From assembly GCF_009936135.1 (NCBI RefSeq), contig NZ_CP047901.1, forward strand, positions 563,354 to 627,353: DNA of 64,000 bases, read 5' to 3'. A program made the position numbers and the translations under genes. The notes below the pieces were generated by a model. The model was not told the DNA's origin and did no database searches. It worked only from the letters and a program-made list of their open reading frames with translations. Positions 10,857 through 20,104 of this stretch are shown here, one piece after another; positions within the stretch are counted from its first letter, which is position 1; every line of letters starts with the position of its first letter. This stretch comes from Candidatus Chazhemtobacterium aquaticus (lineage in GTDB: Bacteria; Patescibacteriota; Microgenomatia; UBA1400; Chazhemtobacteraceae).

Positions 10857-11967
10857 ACTACTCCTCATCTGCCTTGCCTTTATCTGGCCTTTTGGTCAGC
10901 TGTTTGAAGTCCCTCTTTCTCATCCCCAGATTCATATCTATCTTCTAGACCTTATTTCTTTATCTCTTCTTCTTCTGGTCGTCCTAAACAAGAAAAACTG
11001 GCAGGTAATTAATAAGGACCCATTAACCAAGCCCTACCTCATCTTCACCTCAGTTGCTGCTTTTAGTTTACTGCTTGCCTCTTTTAGTCTCACCCCAACA
11101 GATCTGCTCATATCAGCCGCCTATCTTGTCCGCTGGCTCGTCTATCCTGGTATCTACTTTGCCTTAAGGATTTACTCCAAGCCCAATCTCACTCGTCACT
11201 ATCTTCTTCTCTCTCTTTTAGCCTTCACATTTTTGGGGTTTCTCCAGTATTTCTTCTTTCCTGATGTTCGCTCGCTGTTCTATTTAGGTTTTGATGACCA
11301 TTTTTATCGTTTAGTCGGCACCTTGTTTGATCCCAACTTTACTGGCTTGGTCTTGGTTGTCTTTACCCTTCTTCTGCTTCATCAACCAACTCCTCAAAAA
11401 TACTTGGTAGTCTTGTCTGCCATTGCTCTGGCCCTGACCTACTCCAGAGCCTCCTATCTAGCTCTCTTTGTTGCCCTAGTTTACCTAGGTCTTCGTCGTT
11501 TTAAGCCAGTCTACCTCGTTATATTCGCCCTTATATCCCTTAGTTTAGTTTTTTCCCCCAAGCCCTACGGAGAGGGAGTTAACCTGCTTCGCACCTTCTC
11601 CATCTCCTCCCGTCTTGAAGATTCCAGACAAGGCCTGAATTTGTTTGGTCAAAAACCCATACTCGGTCACGGCTTTAATACCTTAAAGAGTATTAAATCA
11701 GGCGATCCGCCCATTCCCTCACGAGCCCAAGGTGGTTTTAGTAACAGTTATGTTTTTGTACTGGTTACCACTGGTTTAGTTGGATTTGTCGCCTACCTTT
11801 ACCTACTCTGTTCTCTCTATACTCTCTTAAAACCCTCACCAGCCCTGACAGCTTCATTCATTAGCATACTGATTCACTCCTTCTTTAACCACAGCCTCTT
11901 CTACATCTTCATTCTTACTCTCCTCTTTGCTCTAGCCAGTCTGCCTAAGGGGTATAGAAAACTCTAA
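10837..11967 (+). CDS. O-antigen ligase/polymerase family membrane protein
   Basis: Multi-TM; RLVGTLFDPN, TYSRAS, PILGHGFN; start chosen 8 nt after TGTTAGAAT. Confidence 0.85.
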   Translation: MSMHLPKLLLICLAFIWPFGQLFEVPLSHPQIHIYLLDLISLSLLLLVVLNKKNWQVINKDPLTKPYLIFTSVAAFSLLLASFSLTPTDLLISAAYLVRWLVYPGIYFALRIYSKPNLTRHYLLLSLLAFTFLGFLQYFFFPDVRSLFYLGFDDHFYRLVGTLFDPNFTGLVLVVFTLLLLHQPTPQKYLVVLSAIALALTYSRASYLALFVALVYLGLRRFKPVYLVIFALISLSLVFSPKPYGEGVNLLRTFSISSRLEDSRQGLNLFGQKPILGHGFNTLKSIKSGDPPIPSRAQGGFSNSYVFVLVTTGLVGFVAYLYLLCSLYTLLKPSPALTASFISILIHSFFNHSLFYIFILTLLFALASLPKGYRKL

Positions 11968-12661
11968 ACAATCTCTCAGTTACGTTGCCCGCATTGTCTA
12001 CTACTTTGATCACATAGTCATTGGCGCCCTCACTCATCACTGTTCGATACACAAAGTTACCTTCACTATCCACCTGGGCAAAGTTATCATTTACCGTGAC
12101 TCGATCCTCCGGCTCGTCAACCTTTCCCTGTATCTCCAGGTTCTTCTGATCCAATCCGTAGAACTGGTGCTCCTCATCCGGTGACGTTATCTCTACCACT
12201 GGTTTGCTTGTGTCCAGCACCACAGTCGCTACGGTGGTATCACTCTCATTATCCTGGTCATCAACAGTCTTAAGCTCTATTCTATTTTCATCGTTACTTA
12301 AGGAAACATTGGAGAACTCAAATCTGCCATCATTATCAGTTCGTTTTTCATCCAAGTCCATTCCATTTAGTTGTAACCTCACCCTCATATCTCCCAAACT
12401 ATATCCAGACACTTTAATTGAAGCACTGTAGGTTGCCTCAGGTAGGGGATCAAGCACAGGAGCTTGGGGTTTTAAGGTTGTTTGGGCTTCTTGTGTCATC
12501 TCCTCATCACCACTCCATACAGAGGCAATACTTATCAAAGCCGGTATACCCCACTTAATCAAACCAGCTACAAATACGATTGAGAGAAAGATATACAGCA
12601 CTGCCTGGCGGTTTGATTGTTTTCTTCTATGTCTCTCCAGGCGTGACAGTCTACGACTCAT
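11945..12661 (-). CDS. Membrane-anchored protein with two bacterial Ig-like domains
   Basis: N-terminal TM; repeats with G.F...V.L..G.N.I...D..GN, LDTSKP. Confidence 0.75.
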   Translation of the reverse strand: MSRRLSRLERHRRKQSNRQAVLYIFLSIVFVAGLIKWGIPALISIASVWSGDEEMTQEAQTTLKPQAPVLDPLPEATYSASIKVSGYSLGDMRVRLQLNGMDLDEKRTDNDGRFEFSNVSLSNDENRIELKTVDDQDNESDTTVATVVLDTSKPVVEITSPDEEHQFYGLDQKNLEIQGKVDEPEDRVTVNDNFAQVDSEGNFVYRTVMSEGANDYVIKVVDNAGNVTERLFRVFYTP

Positions 12662-12712
12662 AAGCGAATTCTAACATCTTCATCAACTTCCTGTAGTAAA
12701 ATATCCCCATCA

Positions 12713-12783
12713 GCGGGATTAGTTCAACGGTAGAACATTTGCTTCCCAAGCAAAAAACACGGGTTCAATTCCCGTATCCCGCT
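12713..12783 (+). tRNA. tRNA-Gly(CCC)
   Basis: GCGGGAT acceptor; TTTGC-TTCCCAA-GCAAA anticodon arm; GGTTCAATTCC T-arm. Confidence 0.95.
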
Positions 12784-12843
12784 CATAAAGTGACAGAAAT
12801 AAACACTAATTTACATTAACTGATACAATATAGATCAAACATC

Positions 12844-13077
12844 ATGAACAATACAAAATTTACTCTCTATGCTAAAAGAATACTGATAGCTATTATTGTA
12901 TATTTTATAGTGGGACTAATTTTAGGTTTTGTAGGCTTGCAGTTAAGATGTCAACATCCTATGTATTCATGTTGGAGTTTGAGTCAATATCTGACTGATC
13001 CTTGGTTGTTTTCAAATACTTTACTGTGGCCTTTTACTTTTATTGATGGGCTTGATAAAGCGAATATTATATTTTGA
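12844..13077 (+). CDS. Small membrane protein, hypothetical
   Basis: 77-aa ORF with a TM helix, AT-rich, preceded by TGATACAAT. Confidence 0.6.
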   Translation: MNNTKFTLYAKRILIAIIVYFIVGLILGFVGLQLRCQHPMYSCWSLSQYLTDPWLFSNTLLWPFTFIDGLDKANIIF

Positions 13078-13200
13078 GAAAGCTTGAAATATTTAGATGT
13101 TCTTTAAGAGCCTGTAATTGCAGAACCAGATCTGGTTTGATATAGTCATCCAGGCTAAATAGGTTCGAGCAGTGTATCGTTACCCGCTCTAATACCTCAT

Positions 13201-14280
13201 TTACGAACCTGTCTTTCTCATTGGTCTGCTTGCTGTCAAGATTAGTTTGTCCAGTGTCAGGGGAGACAGTAACGAGATTATTTCCAGAGTGAAGATAGAT
13301 AACTCAAAGGCAGAGGGAATATTGTTGGTTATAAAAAATGCTCCCAGACCCACTACTGTCGAGTCAAACACTGCTCTTGAGAACATCTTCTTCTGAGTTG
13401 TCTCGATTATTTCTTCATCAATCCCCATTTTTTCAGCTTCATTACTTTGTCTAAAAATCTTCTGCGTTCCAAACCAAAGCAAGGTTCCAAAAGTGGCTAG
13501 AGCCGTGATTGTGTTAAGTGTTCGGTTGGGTATAGCTACACTCCCAGTAAAGATTCTTAAATCAAATGCTACTGGGAAATGCCTCCCTATCAACCAGGCC
13601 AGAACCAAAAAAAGAACCAGGTAAGCCAAAGAATAGCGGGTTGGTTGTTTTTTAACCTCTGCACCACGTTTCTGCTGGAAGTACTTGAAAGCCATTACCG
13701 TTGCCTGAATTAAAGCCAAACTCATCCACACCACCAATACTCCATACCAACCCATATCAATAGTTTTGCTAATGGCCGGGTAGGGGATCAAGAAGTTCAC
13801 TCCCTCGATTGGATAATCGGGGTAGGGGACAAAGTCATAAAGCCGAGAAGGGGCAATTCTTGTATTGTAAAAATCAGTTAAGAACAATCGTCCGATCGTC
13901 AAGAATGTCGTTAACTGAATTAAGAAATCTGTTAAATAAAACAAGAAAAATCTGTTTCCCTCATGAAACTCTTTCTTTACCTGAATCCGTTGCTGGCCCG
14001 AGGTATTAAGTTTACCAATGTTTTTCTGAAACTCTTTTATATTATCCGACCTGATCACCCGAAAAACTCTCAAAGGAATTAGCAAAAAAGTCTGTGTCAC
14101 ACCCAGTAAAATCACACTCACCCACATCTTGCCGGTTAGAGAATAGTACGAGAACAATAAACTGGCGTAGAAACGATACATCTCACCAGACACGAACACG
14201 TAAACCAGCCAGACAATAATCATCGCCGTCGCTACACTCGACAGCGTCAAAACCCTTATCCCTCCCTTATCTTTATTCAT
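13201..14280 (-). CDS. Multi-TM membrane protein, divergent YidC/Oxa1-like N-terminal half
   Basis: LLFSYYSLTGKMWVSVILLGVTQTFLLIPL followed by a charged hairpin and 'FLIQL' resembles the YidC TM1-CH1/2-TM2 pattern. Confidence 0.5.
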   Translation of the reverse strand: MNKDKGGIRVLTLSSVATAMIIVWLVYVFVSGEMYRFYASLLFSYYSLTGKMWVSVILLGVTQTFLLIPLRVFRVIRSDNIKEFQKNIGKLNTSGQQRIQVKKEFHEGNRFFLFYLTDFLIQLTTFLTIGRLFLTDFYNTRIAPSRLYDFVPYPDYPIEGVNFLIPYPAISKTIDMGWYGVLVVWMSLALIQATVMAFKYFQQKRGAEVKKQPTRYSLAYLVLFLVLAWLIGRHFPVAFDLRIFTGSVAIPNRTLNTITALATFGTLLWFGTQKIFRQSNEAEKMGIDEEIIETTQKKMFSRAVFDSTVVGLGAFFITNNIPSAFELSIFTLEIISLLSPLTLDKLILTASRPMRKTGS

Positions 14281-14402
14281 CTTTACTTCTCAATTAGTTG
14301 CTGGCTCAGCATAGCCTATACCCAAATACCCCGTCAAATACGCCAAGAAAACTAAACCTTGCAATGATCATAAACTCCATGCTAACGTATTGGCGTACTT
14401 GC

Positions 14403-14517
14403 AAATCAAACCTTATCTAGGTGAAGCAGGGTGCAATTCCCTCACTGTCGCGCAACGGTAATAGTCCGAGCCCTATCTAAGGATTTTTGTATACGTAGCT
14501 AAGCTCGCGGAAAGCTA
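14403..14517 (+). ncRNA. Cobalamin riboswitch (compact, class-II-like)
   Basis: Core GGTGAAGCAGGGTGCAATTCCCTCACTGTCGCGCAACGGTAA...AGTCCGAG; closing stem CCTTA-TAGG/CCTA-TAAGG; downstream hairpin TAGCT..CGCG..AGCTA can kiss loop CGCG; upstream of B12-type genes. Confidence 0.85.
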
Positions 14518-14550
14518 ACCAGTTGCTGAAAACAGTAATTGTTTTTTAAC

Positions 14551-14577
14551 AAGTCCCGCTTAGAGGGACTTTTTTTT
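14551..14577 (+). terminator. Intrinsic terminator, riboswitch expression platform
   Basis: AAGTCCC-GCTTAGA-GGGACTT followed by a T run, 33 nt before the ATG. Confidence 0.85.
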
Positions 14578-14610
14578 GTATATCTCCCGTCTTAGTCTGC
14601 GTTACCCACT

Positions 14611-15258
14611 ATGCAGACTCAACTAAAAAAAATTCTACCCTTACTTATAGTCCTTACCGGACTTACTCTCACTGGCGCCTTTACCTACGGACTGTCTCTT
14701 GTCTTACCTCCACTTGAATCAAACCCTGTTAAATCTATATCGTTAACCGAAACCGATCCAACACCTACACCAGCTCCCCAAGACTCCAAACTTGATCCTG
14801 ACTCAATCACCATTACTCCTACACCTACTCCTACCACTCTCTCTGCTAACGATACCAAGCCCACTTCTCAAATCACTCCAGCATCAACACCCATCCCAAC
14901 AAACCCTCCCACACCTACTCCTACTACCCCACCCACCACTACTCCAGCTCCGACCCCCCGACTTAAGCTCACCCTCCAGATTGATAACGATCCACCCTTC
15001 AATCTTGAACTCGATTCACCCAAAAATCACTGCCAGGTTTTAGAAGCCGCTTTAGCTCAAGGTAAATTAAGCTCTCTTAACCTTAAGTTTTTCCCCTCCC
15101 TCTCCTCCTACGCTGTTTATCAAATCAACGGTCTAGGAGACACCAACCAAGTCTGGTGGACCTACTCAGTTAACGGTCAACAACCACCCTATGGTTGTAG
15201 CCAAGTCATGGTCAATCAAGGCGATGTTATTCACTGGACCTACGCCGGTCCCCGTTAA
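14611..15258 (+). CDS. DUF4430 (transcobalamin beta-domain-like) protein with N-terminal anchor and Pro/Thr stalk
   Basis: C-terminal VYQINGL...WWTYSVNGQQPPYGCSQVMVNQGDVIHWTY; long PT linker. Confidence 0.82.
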   Translation: MQTQLKKILPLLIVLTGLTLTGAFTYGLSLVLPPLESNPVKSISLTETDPTPTPAPQDSKLDPDSITITPTPTPTTLSANDTKPTSQITPASTPIPTNPPTPTPTTPPTTTPAPTPRLKLTLQIDNDPPFNLELDSPKNHCQVLEAALAQGKLSSLNLKFFPSLSSYAVYQINGLGDTNQVWWTYSVNGQQPPYGCSQVMVNQGDVIHWTYAGPR

Positions 15259-15264
15259 ACTTAT

Positions 15265-16575
15265 ATGAAACATCTCAAATCATTCATTATTATCTCAATC
15301 ACCCTATTTATCTCCCTTAGGGTAGGCTCATCCGTGTTCGCCAACACTACTGCCATCTCCGAGGCTCTAACATATCTTCAAAGCCAACAAGCAAGCACTG
15401 GTCAGATCAACGGTAGGGGAGGGGAGTCTGACTGGGCCGCTATCGCCTTTTCTCAAAACGGCCTTCCTGCCTCTTCTGTCAAATCAGGTGACACCTCTTT
15501 ATATGACTTCCTTCTCTCAGACCTACCTGCATCTGACTCAGCTGCCACCGTCTGGGAACGCAAAATCATTACCATTGTCTCTCTTAACCAAGACCCCACC
15601 GATTTTGCTGGACACAACTACCTAAGCTCCCTTGAGTCGCTTGCTCTAAATGGGCAACTAGGTGATGAGACTCTTCTAAACGATGACATTTTTGGGTTAC
15701 TTGCTCTTCTCTCTGCCTCATCGACCAACAATGAGTTGATTGAGTCGGTTCTTGATTTCCTCATTACTCACCAAGACCCCAGTGGTGGTTTTAGTTGGAC
15801 CACTAACACCTGCGACCGGTGTTCTCCTGACAGCAATGACACCGCAGCCGCTATCCAAGCCCTCCATCTGGCCAAAACATCAGGTTTTACCCATCCCCAA
15901 CTTGAAGACAGTCTCTCTCAAGCCCAAACATATTTACTAGAGTCACAAACAGAATCTGGCGGTTTTGCCTACGACCCCAATACGCCTACTCCCGATGGTG
16001 CCTCTACCTCCTGGGCTCTCATGGCATTAAATATGCTTGGTCTCTCTGACTCTTCTCAGGCTTTAAAGGCTACAGATTGGTTACTCTCACAACAACAAGC
16101 CGACGGTAGTTTCCCCTGGTCAGCTGAGTATGGCAGCGACCCCACTACAACCAGTCATGCCCTGATTGCTCTAAACTCGGCCTGGTGGACCAAGCAGTCT
16201 CCCGATCCTTCTCAAACACCTACTCCTACTTTGACACCAACACCAACTCCTACTCCCACCTCTACCACTACCCCAGAGCCTACAGCTACTCCTACGCCTA
16301 CTCCTACTCAAACACCTACATTAACACCCTCACCCACAACTACTCCACAACCCCTGCTTCTAGGCTCAAAAGACTCTAGAGCCCCTCTACCCACTCCATC
16401 ACCCGATCAACAGCCAGAAGATACATCCAATCAACCCCTTGTCACTAATGATACTAACGGGCTAAAATCTCCATCAGTATCTACCTCTATTTCATATATC
16501 CCCACCCTAGCTGTTATATTAGGCATCATTACTCTATTCGCTGTCATTAAAATTTACGAACGCAAAAAAACATGA
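15265..16575 (+). CDS. Prenyltransferase/squalene-oxidase-repeat (alpha6-alpha6 barrel, transcobalamin alpha-domain-like) surface protein with PT stalk and C-terminal TM anchor
   Basis: Signal peptide; repeats YLQSQQ..G, FLITHQDPSGGF, YLLESQTESGGF, WLLSQQQADGSF; DTAAAIQAL, STSWALMAL. Confidence 0.82.
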   Translation: MKHLKSFIIISITLFISLRVGSSVFANTTAISEALTYLQSQQASTGQINGRGGESDWAAIAFSQNGLPASSVKSGDTSLYDFLLSDLPASDSAATVWERKIITIVSLNQDPTDFAGHNYLSSLESLALNGQLGDETLLNDDIFGLLALLSASSTNNELIESVLDFLITHQDPSGGFSWTTNTCDRCSPDSNDTAAAIQALHLAKTSGFTHPQLEDSLSQAQTYLLESQTESGGFAYDPNTPTPDGASTSWALMALNMLGLSDSSQALKATDWLLSQQQADGSFPWSAEYGSDPTTTSHALIALNSAWWTKQSPDPSQTPTPTLTPTPTPTPTSTTTPEPTATPTPTPTQTPTLTPSPTTTPQPLLLGSKDSRAPLPTPSPDQQPEDTSNQPLVTNDTNGLKSPSVSTSISYIPTLAVILGIITLFAVIKIYERKKT

Positions 16576-17147
16576 TTAACACCACCATTATCCTAGGCGG
16601 AATTATTTTAAGACTTGTTCCACACCTACCCAATTTCTCCTCCATCAGCGCTACTGCACTGTTTGCCGGTACCAAGCTACCTCGCCGTTACGCTTTTATC
16701 TTGCCTTTAGTCATAGCCGTCGTCTCTGACTATCTTCTCCTTTACGTTAATCCTTTCGCAATTCCCATCCTTGACTTGTCTGGCATCAAACCCATTTCAG
16801 CCATGTTTCATGCCACCACCCTTTATGTCTGGGGTAGCTTCTTACTTTCAGGCTTAATTGGTCTGTGGTTACGTCGCCACTTTAAAGCCAGTAACTTGGT
16901 TTTAGCCTCTCTGATTACCTCCCTTCAGTTCTTTCTGATTACCAACTTCGGTGTCTGGGCTGCCGGAGCATATAGTCGAGGAATTGATGGTCTTGTAACC
17001 AGTTACGCCATGGGTCTACCTTTCCTGCGTTGGACTATGTTAGGTGATCTTTTCTACAGTTCAGTTTTCTTCTCTATTCACGCCTTTGCTACTAGAACAA
17101 GCACCAAGGTTAGTCCAGCTACTCTAAAAGCTCGTGTCCAAAACTAG
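16572..17147 (+). CDS. DUF6580-family putative vitamin transporter (ECF S-component-like)
   Basis: RLVPHLPNFS...ALFAG, FFLITNFGVW, Y..GLPF...LGDLFY; about 6 TM, 191 aa. Confidence 0.78.
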   Translation: MINTTIILGGIILRLVPHLPNFSSISATALFAGTKLPRRYAFILPLVIAVVSDYLLLYVNPFAIPILDLSGIKPISAMFHATTLYVWGSFLLSGLIGLWLRRHFKASNLVLASLITSLQFFLITNFGVWAAGAYSRGIDGLVTSYAMGLPFLRWTMLGDLFYSSVFFSIHAFATRTSTKVSPATLKARVQN

Positions 17148-17844
17148 TTCCACTAAATTACTCACCCAGCTTGAATCAGTTGAGGGCTGGCTTCGTGACG
17201 ATGAGGCTATATTACTCAACCAACTAGCTGCTCAAGCCACTCCTGTCACCATCATTGTCGAGATTGGTTCCTGGAAGGGTAAATCAACCATCGCTCTTGC
17301 TCTATCTGCCAAGGTTCCAGTCTACGCCATCGATCCTCATACCGGCTCTCCTGAACACCATCAAAAAGGTAAATCTGTTGATACCTACAAGGACTTTTTA
17401 AACAACATCGAAAGCCATAACCTGACCAAAAAGGTTAAGCCTTTACGTCTCACCTCCAAAGAAGCTGCCAAGAAGATCAACAAGCCTATCAGTCTGCTCT
17501 TCATCGACGGCGATCACTCTTACCAAGCAGTTAGCCAAGACTTTAAAGATTACTACCCCAAGCTTCAACTGGGTGGCACCATCGCCTTTCATGACACCAT
17601 CAGCTGGCCCGGGCCTCGCAAACTTGTTACTCAACAGTTGTATTTTGGCAATCACTTTAAAAATATCCGTCTAGTTGGCTCCATTACCTACGCTCAAAAA
17701 ACCTTGTCTCTCACTATTATTGACAGACTTAAAAACTTATCCGCCTATATTCTCCGCTTACTACGAAATCTGATAGCCACCATTCCCATGCCCAGGTCCA
17801 TAAAGACTGTTCTCAAAGATATCTTCCAACGTCTTCAAGCTTAA
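17134..17844 (+). CDS. Class I SAM-dependent methyltransferase (Methyltransf_24-like)
   Basis: VEGWL, IVEIGSWKGKST, AIDPH, LLFIDGDHSY, GGTIAFHD. Confidence 0.88.
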   Translation: MSKTSSTKLLTQLESVEGWLRDDEAILLNQLAAQATPVTIIVEIGSWKGKSTIALALSAKVPVYAIDPHTGSPEHHQKGKSVDTYKDFLNNIESHNLTKKVKPLRLTSKEAAKKINKPISLLFIDGDHSYQAVSQDFKDYYPKLQLGGTIAFHDTISWPGPRKLVTQQLYFGNHFKNIRLVGSITYAQKTLSLTIIDRLKNLSAYILRLLRNLIATIPMPRSIKTVLKDIFQRLQA

Positions 17845-17883
17845 TCAGTACTCGTGCATATCTAAACAAAAAACAAACAATAG

Positions 17884-18372
17884 CTATAGCGCTTTTTCAA
17901 TCTTTGACTTTAATTCCTTTGGTGAAATACGAACCGTGTGAATACCTGCAATAAAACCAGAGAAGCCGTTCATTACTTGACGATCAATTCTTGGTATTAC
18001 CTGCCAGTGAAGATGTCTTACAGAAGAACCTGAATCAGGCCCAACATTAAAACCAACATTAAACGACTTAGTCTCAAAGACTTTAGATAGAATTGCCTTT
18101 GTCTCCTCAACCTTTTCTTTCAATTCTTTCCACTCATTTTCATATAAATCTGAAGTATCCTCGACGTGTCGTTTAGTCACCAACATCAAATTACCATCAA
18201 GAATCGGGTACTGATTAACAAAAACCATCCAATAACTCCCTTCAAGTAGCTTTATATTTTGTTTCTCAATAATCTCTTGATTGCAAAATGGGCAAACATC
18301 ACTGTTATAGCTGTGGTGATATTTTTGTCTATACGGATTATGAACCTTGATCACGACATCTAAGAATAACAC
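17884..18372 (-). CDS. HIT-family nucleotide hydrolase
   Basis: CPFC, NQYP, KRHV, FNVGFNVG, HLHWQVIPR (HxHxQ variant); start uncertain. Confidence 0.85.
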   Translation of the reverse strand: MLFLDVVIKVHNPYRQKYHHSYNSDVCPFCNQEIIEKQNIKLLEGSYWMVFVNQYPILDGNLMLVTKRHVEDTSDLYENEWKELKEKVEETKAILSKVFETKSFNVGFNVGPDSGSSVRHLHWQVIPRIDRQVMNGFSGFIAGIHTVRISPKELKSKIEKAL

Positions 18373-18512
18373 AAATTGATACCCCAGAATTTGCTTGTCT
18401 TACTTCCTCATGTGTACTAAAAGAAACCCTTAACCTCTACGTCAATCAATACCTTAAGTCACATTCATCCATTGATATGGTCAACTGCTCAGAACGGCTA
18501 TAATCATCCTAG

Positions 18513-19295
18513 ATGAGAATCTCAACATATAAAGACAGTTTGATTTTTGGACTAACTCAGGTAACAAACTATCGCAGCGAAGTTTGGCTTATGGTTTTAA
18601 ACAAAGCCATATATTTAGGGGGCATTATTTTTCTCTGGTCATTAATAGGCAAGTCCGCCTCAGTGGGTGTCAATTCGCTTGTTTCATATTTTTTAATCGC
18701 CAATGGCGTCCAAGGCCTTGTTGACGCGGAATCGCTTCGATTTACCAGAACTTTAAATGAGGAAATTAAGACTGGAACCTTAAGTGCTCATTTACTTCGT
18801 CCAATCAATCCAGTCATTTTCTTATACACCTCATTTCTTGGAACTCGTGGCGTGATAATTTTAATGGCTATCCTCTTAGCCGTTACAGGCTTTTTGTTCC
18901 TTCCATCATTCTCGATTATTCAATTTATCCTTTTTTTAATCAGTGTTTTTCTCGCTTTCATAATCAGTTTTATTTTCAACCTTTTGGTAGGCAGTTTAAC
19001 TTTTTGGAGTCCAGAGGCCAATCACCTTCAAAACGTAGCCTCTCACTTTATTCGTGTCTTTGGTGGAGTTCTTATTCCCATCACTTTCTTCTCCGATAAG
19101 ATTAAACAAATTCTATTACTCACTCCGCTTCCTGCCATCGCTTATCTTCCCTCGATCATCATGCAAACACACAGTCTCAATAAAGATATTCTAACCTCGT
19201 TTTTAAGTACTATTTTTTGGATCGGAATCCTATTACCATTTAGTTTTTTTGTCTGGCGATCAGGTTTGAAACGCTATGAAGCAGTCGGTATTTGA
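18513..19295 (+). CDS. ABC-2 family exporter permease
   Basis: IKTGTLSAHLLRP, FGGVLIPITFF; about 6 TM. Confidence 0.85.
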   Translation: MRISTYKDSLIFGLTQVTNYRSEVWLMVLNKAIYLGGIIFLWSLIGKSASVGVNSLVSYFLIANGVQGLVDAESLRFTRTLNEEIKTGTLSAHLLRPINPVIFLYTSFLGTRGVIILMAILLAVTGFLFLPSFSIIQFILFLISVFLAFIISFIFNLLVGSLTFWSPEANHLQNVASHFIRVFGGVLIPITFFSDKIKQILLLTPLPAIAYLPSIIMQTHSLNKDILTSFLSTIFWIGILLPFSFFVWRSGLKRYEAVGI

Positions 19296-20103
19296 ACCAA
19301 TCAAAATAAGGCTCGAGATTCTCAAAGCCAACACTCTCTTCTCACTTAAAGAATCACTCGCCTACAGCCTAAACAACTGGGGAGGTTTGGCATCAACCAT
19401 CACCTATATGTTGACCTATCTTGTTTTTCTCTCAGCGCTATACGGACGGGTTGAAACAATCGGTGGGTATCGTTACTCGGAAGCCCTTCTTTTCACTTTA
19501 ATGGTTCAGCTAAATTTCTATCTCATCTGGGTCTGGAGCATGACTAACCTAGAAAAACTAGGTTATGACATCAAGACCGGAAAACTTGACCTAATTTTAA
19601 GCAAGCCACTTCCTTCACTTTGGTACGTCACCTTTCAAAAAATTAATTTATTTACCCTAATAGTAGAAATGTGGCCAGCGACTCTTCCCTTGCTTTATCT
19701 TCTATTCAAACATCTTGATTTTTCAGTCACTCCACTCGGACTTTTTTACGGTGCCCTGACTCTATTTCTTGGTCAAATCGCCACTCACTGCTTCCAATTT
19801 CTTTTCACGCTTTTGACTTTTTGGACAGGCGAATCAAAAGGCTTGACCGGAATTTCATACCAAATTGCTTTTTTTGGTAGCGACGCCATTCCGCTCGAAG
19901 CCTTTCCCAAATCAGTTATCTTCCTCGGTATAACCGCGATTCCATTTCTTACCCACACCGCCCTCACTACTTCATATATACTTGGAAGAACCACCAGTCC
20001 CTTTTATCTCATCCTCGCCCTAGCCTCCACAACCATATTTCTATTTATTAAAATCAAGGCCTGGAATTTTGCCCTAAAACATTACGCTTCAGCCTCGTCC
20101 TAA
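19276..20103 (+). CDS. ABC-2 family exporter permease
   Basis: IKTGKLDLILSKP; C-terminal HYASASS. Confidence 0.85.
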   Translation: MKQSVFEPIKIRLEILKANTLFSLKESLAYSLNNWGGLASTITYMLTYLVFLSALYGRVETIGGYRYSEALLFTLMVQLNFYLIWVWSMTNLEKLGYDIKTGKLDLILSKPLPSLWYVTFQKINLFTLIVEMWPATLPLLYLLFKHLDFSVTPLGLFYGALTLFLGQIATHCFQFLFTLLTFWTGESKGLTGISYQIAFFGSDAIPLEAFPKSVIFLGITAIPFLTHTALTTSYILGRTTSPFYLILALASTTIFLFIKIKAWNFALKHYASASS

Positions 20104-20104
20104 T

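Noticed and set aside
14755-16350. ACxCCx tandem repeats as a possible CRISPR or VNTR
   Set aside because: They encode Pro/Thr linkers; there is no repeat-spacer structure and no cas genes
15265-16575. Squalene-hopene cyclase/prenyltransferase enzyme
   Set aside because: Secreted, single barrel, no DxDD motif in the cyclase context, and under a B12 riboswitch; a binding protein is more plausible
17134-17844. Methyltransferase as a fourth member of the B12 system
   Set aside because: It overlaps the transporter gene but has its own TACTCT-8-GTG leaderless-type promoter and is an ordinary SAM enzyme, so a link is unsupported though not excluded
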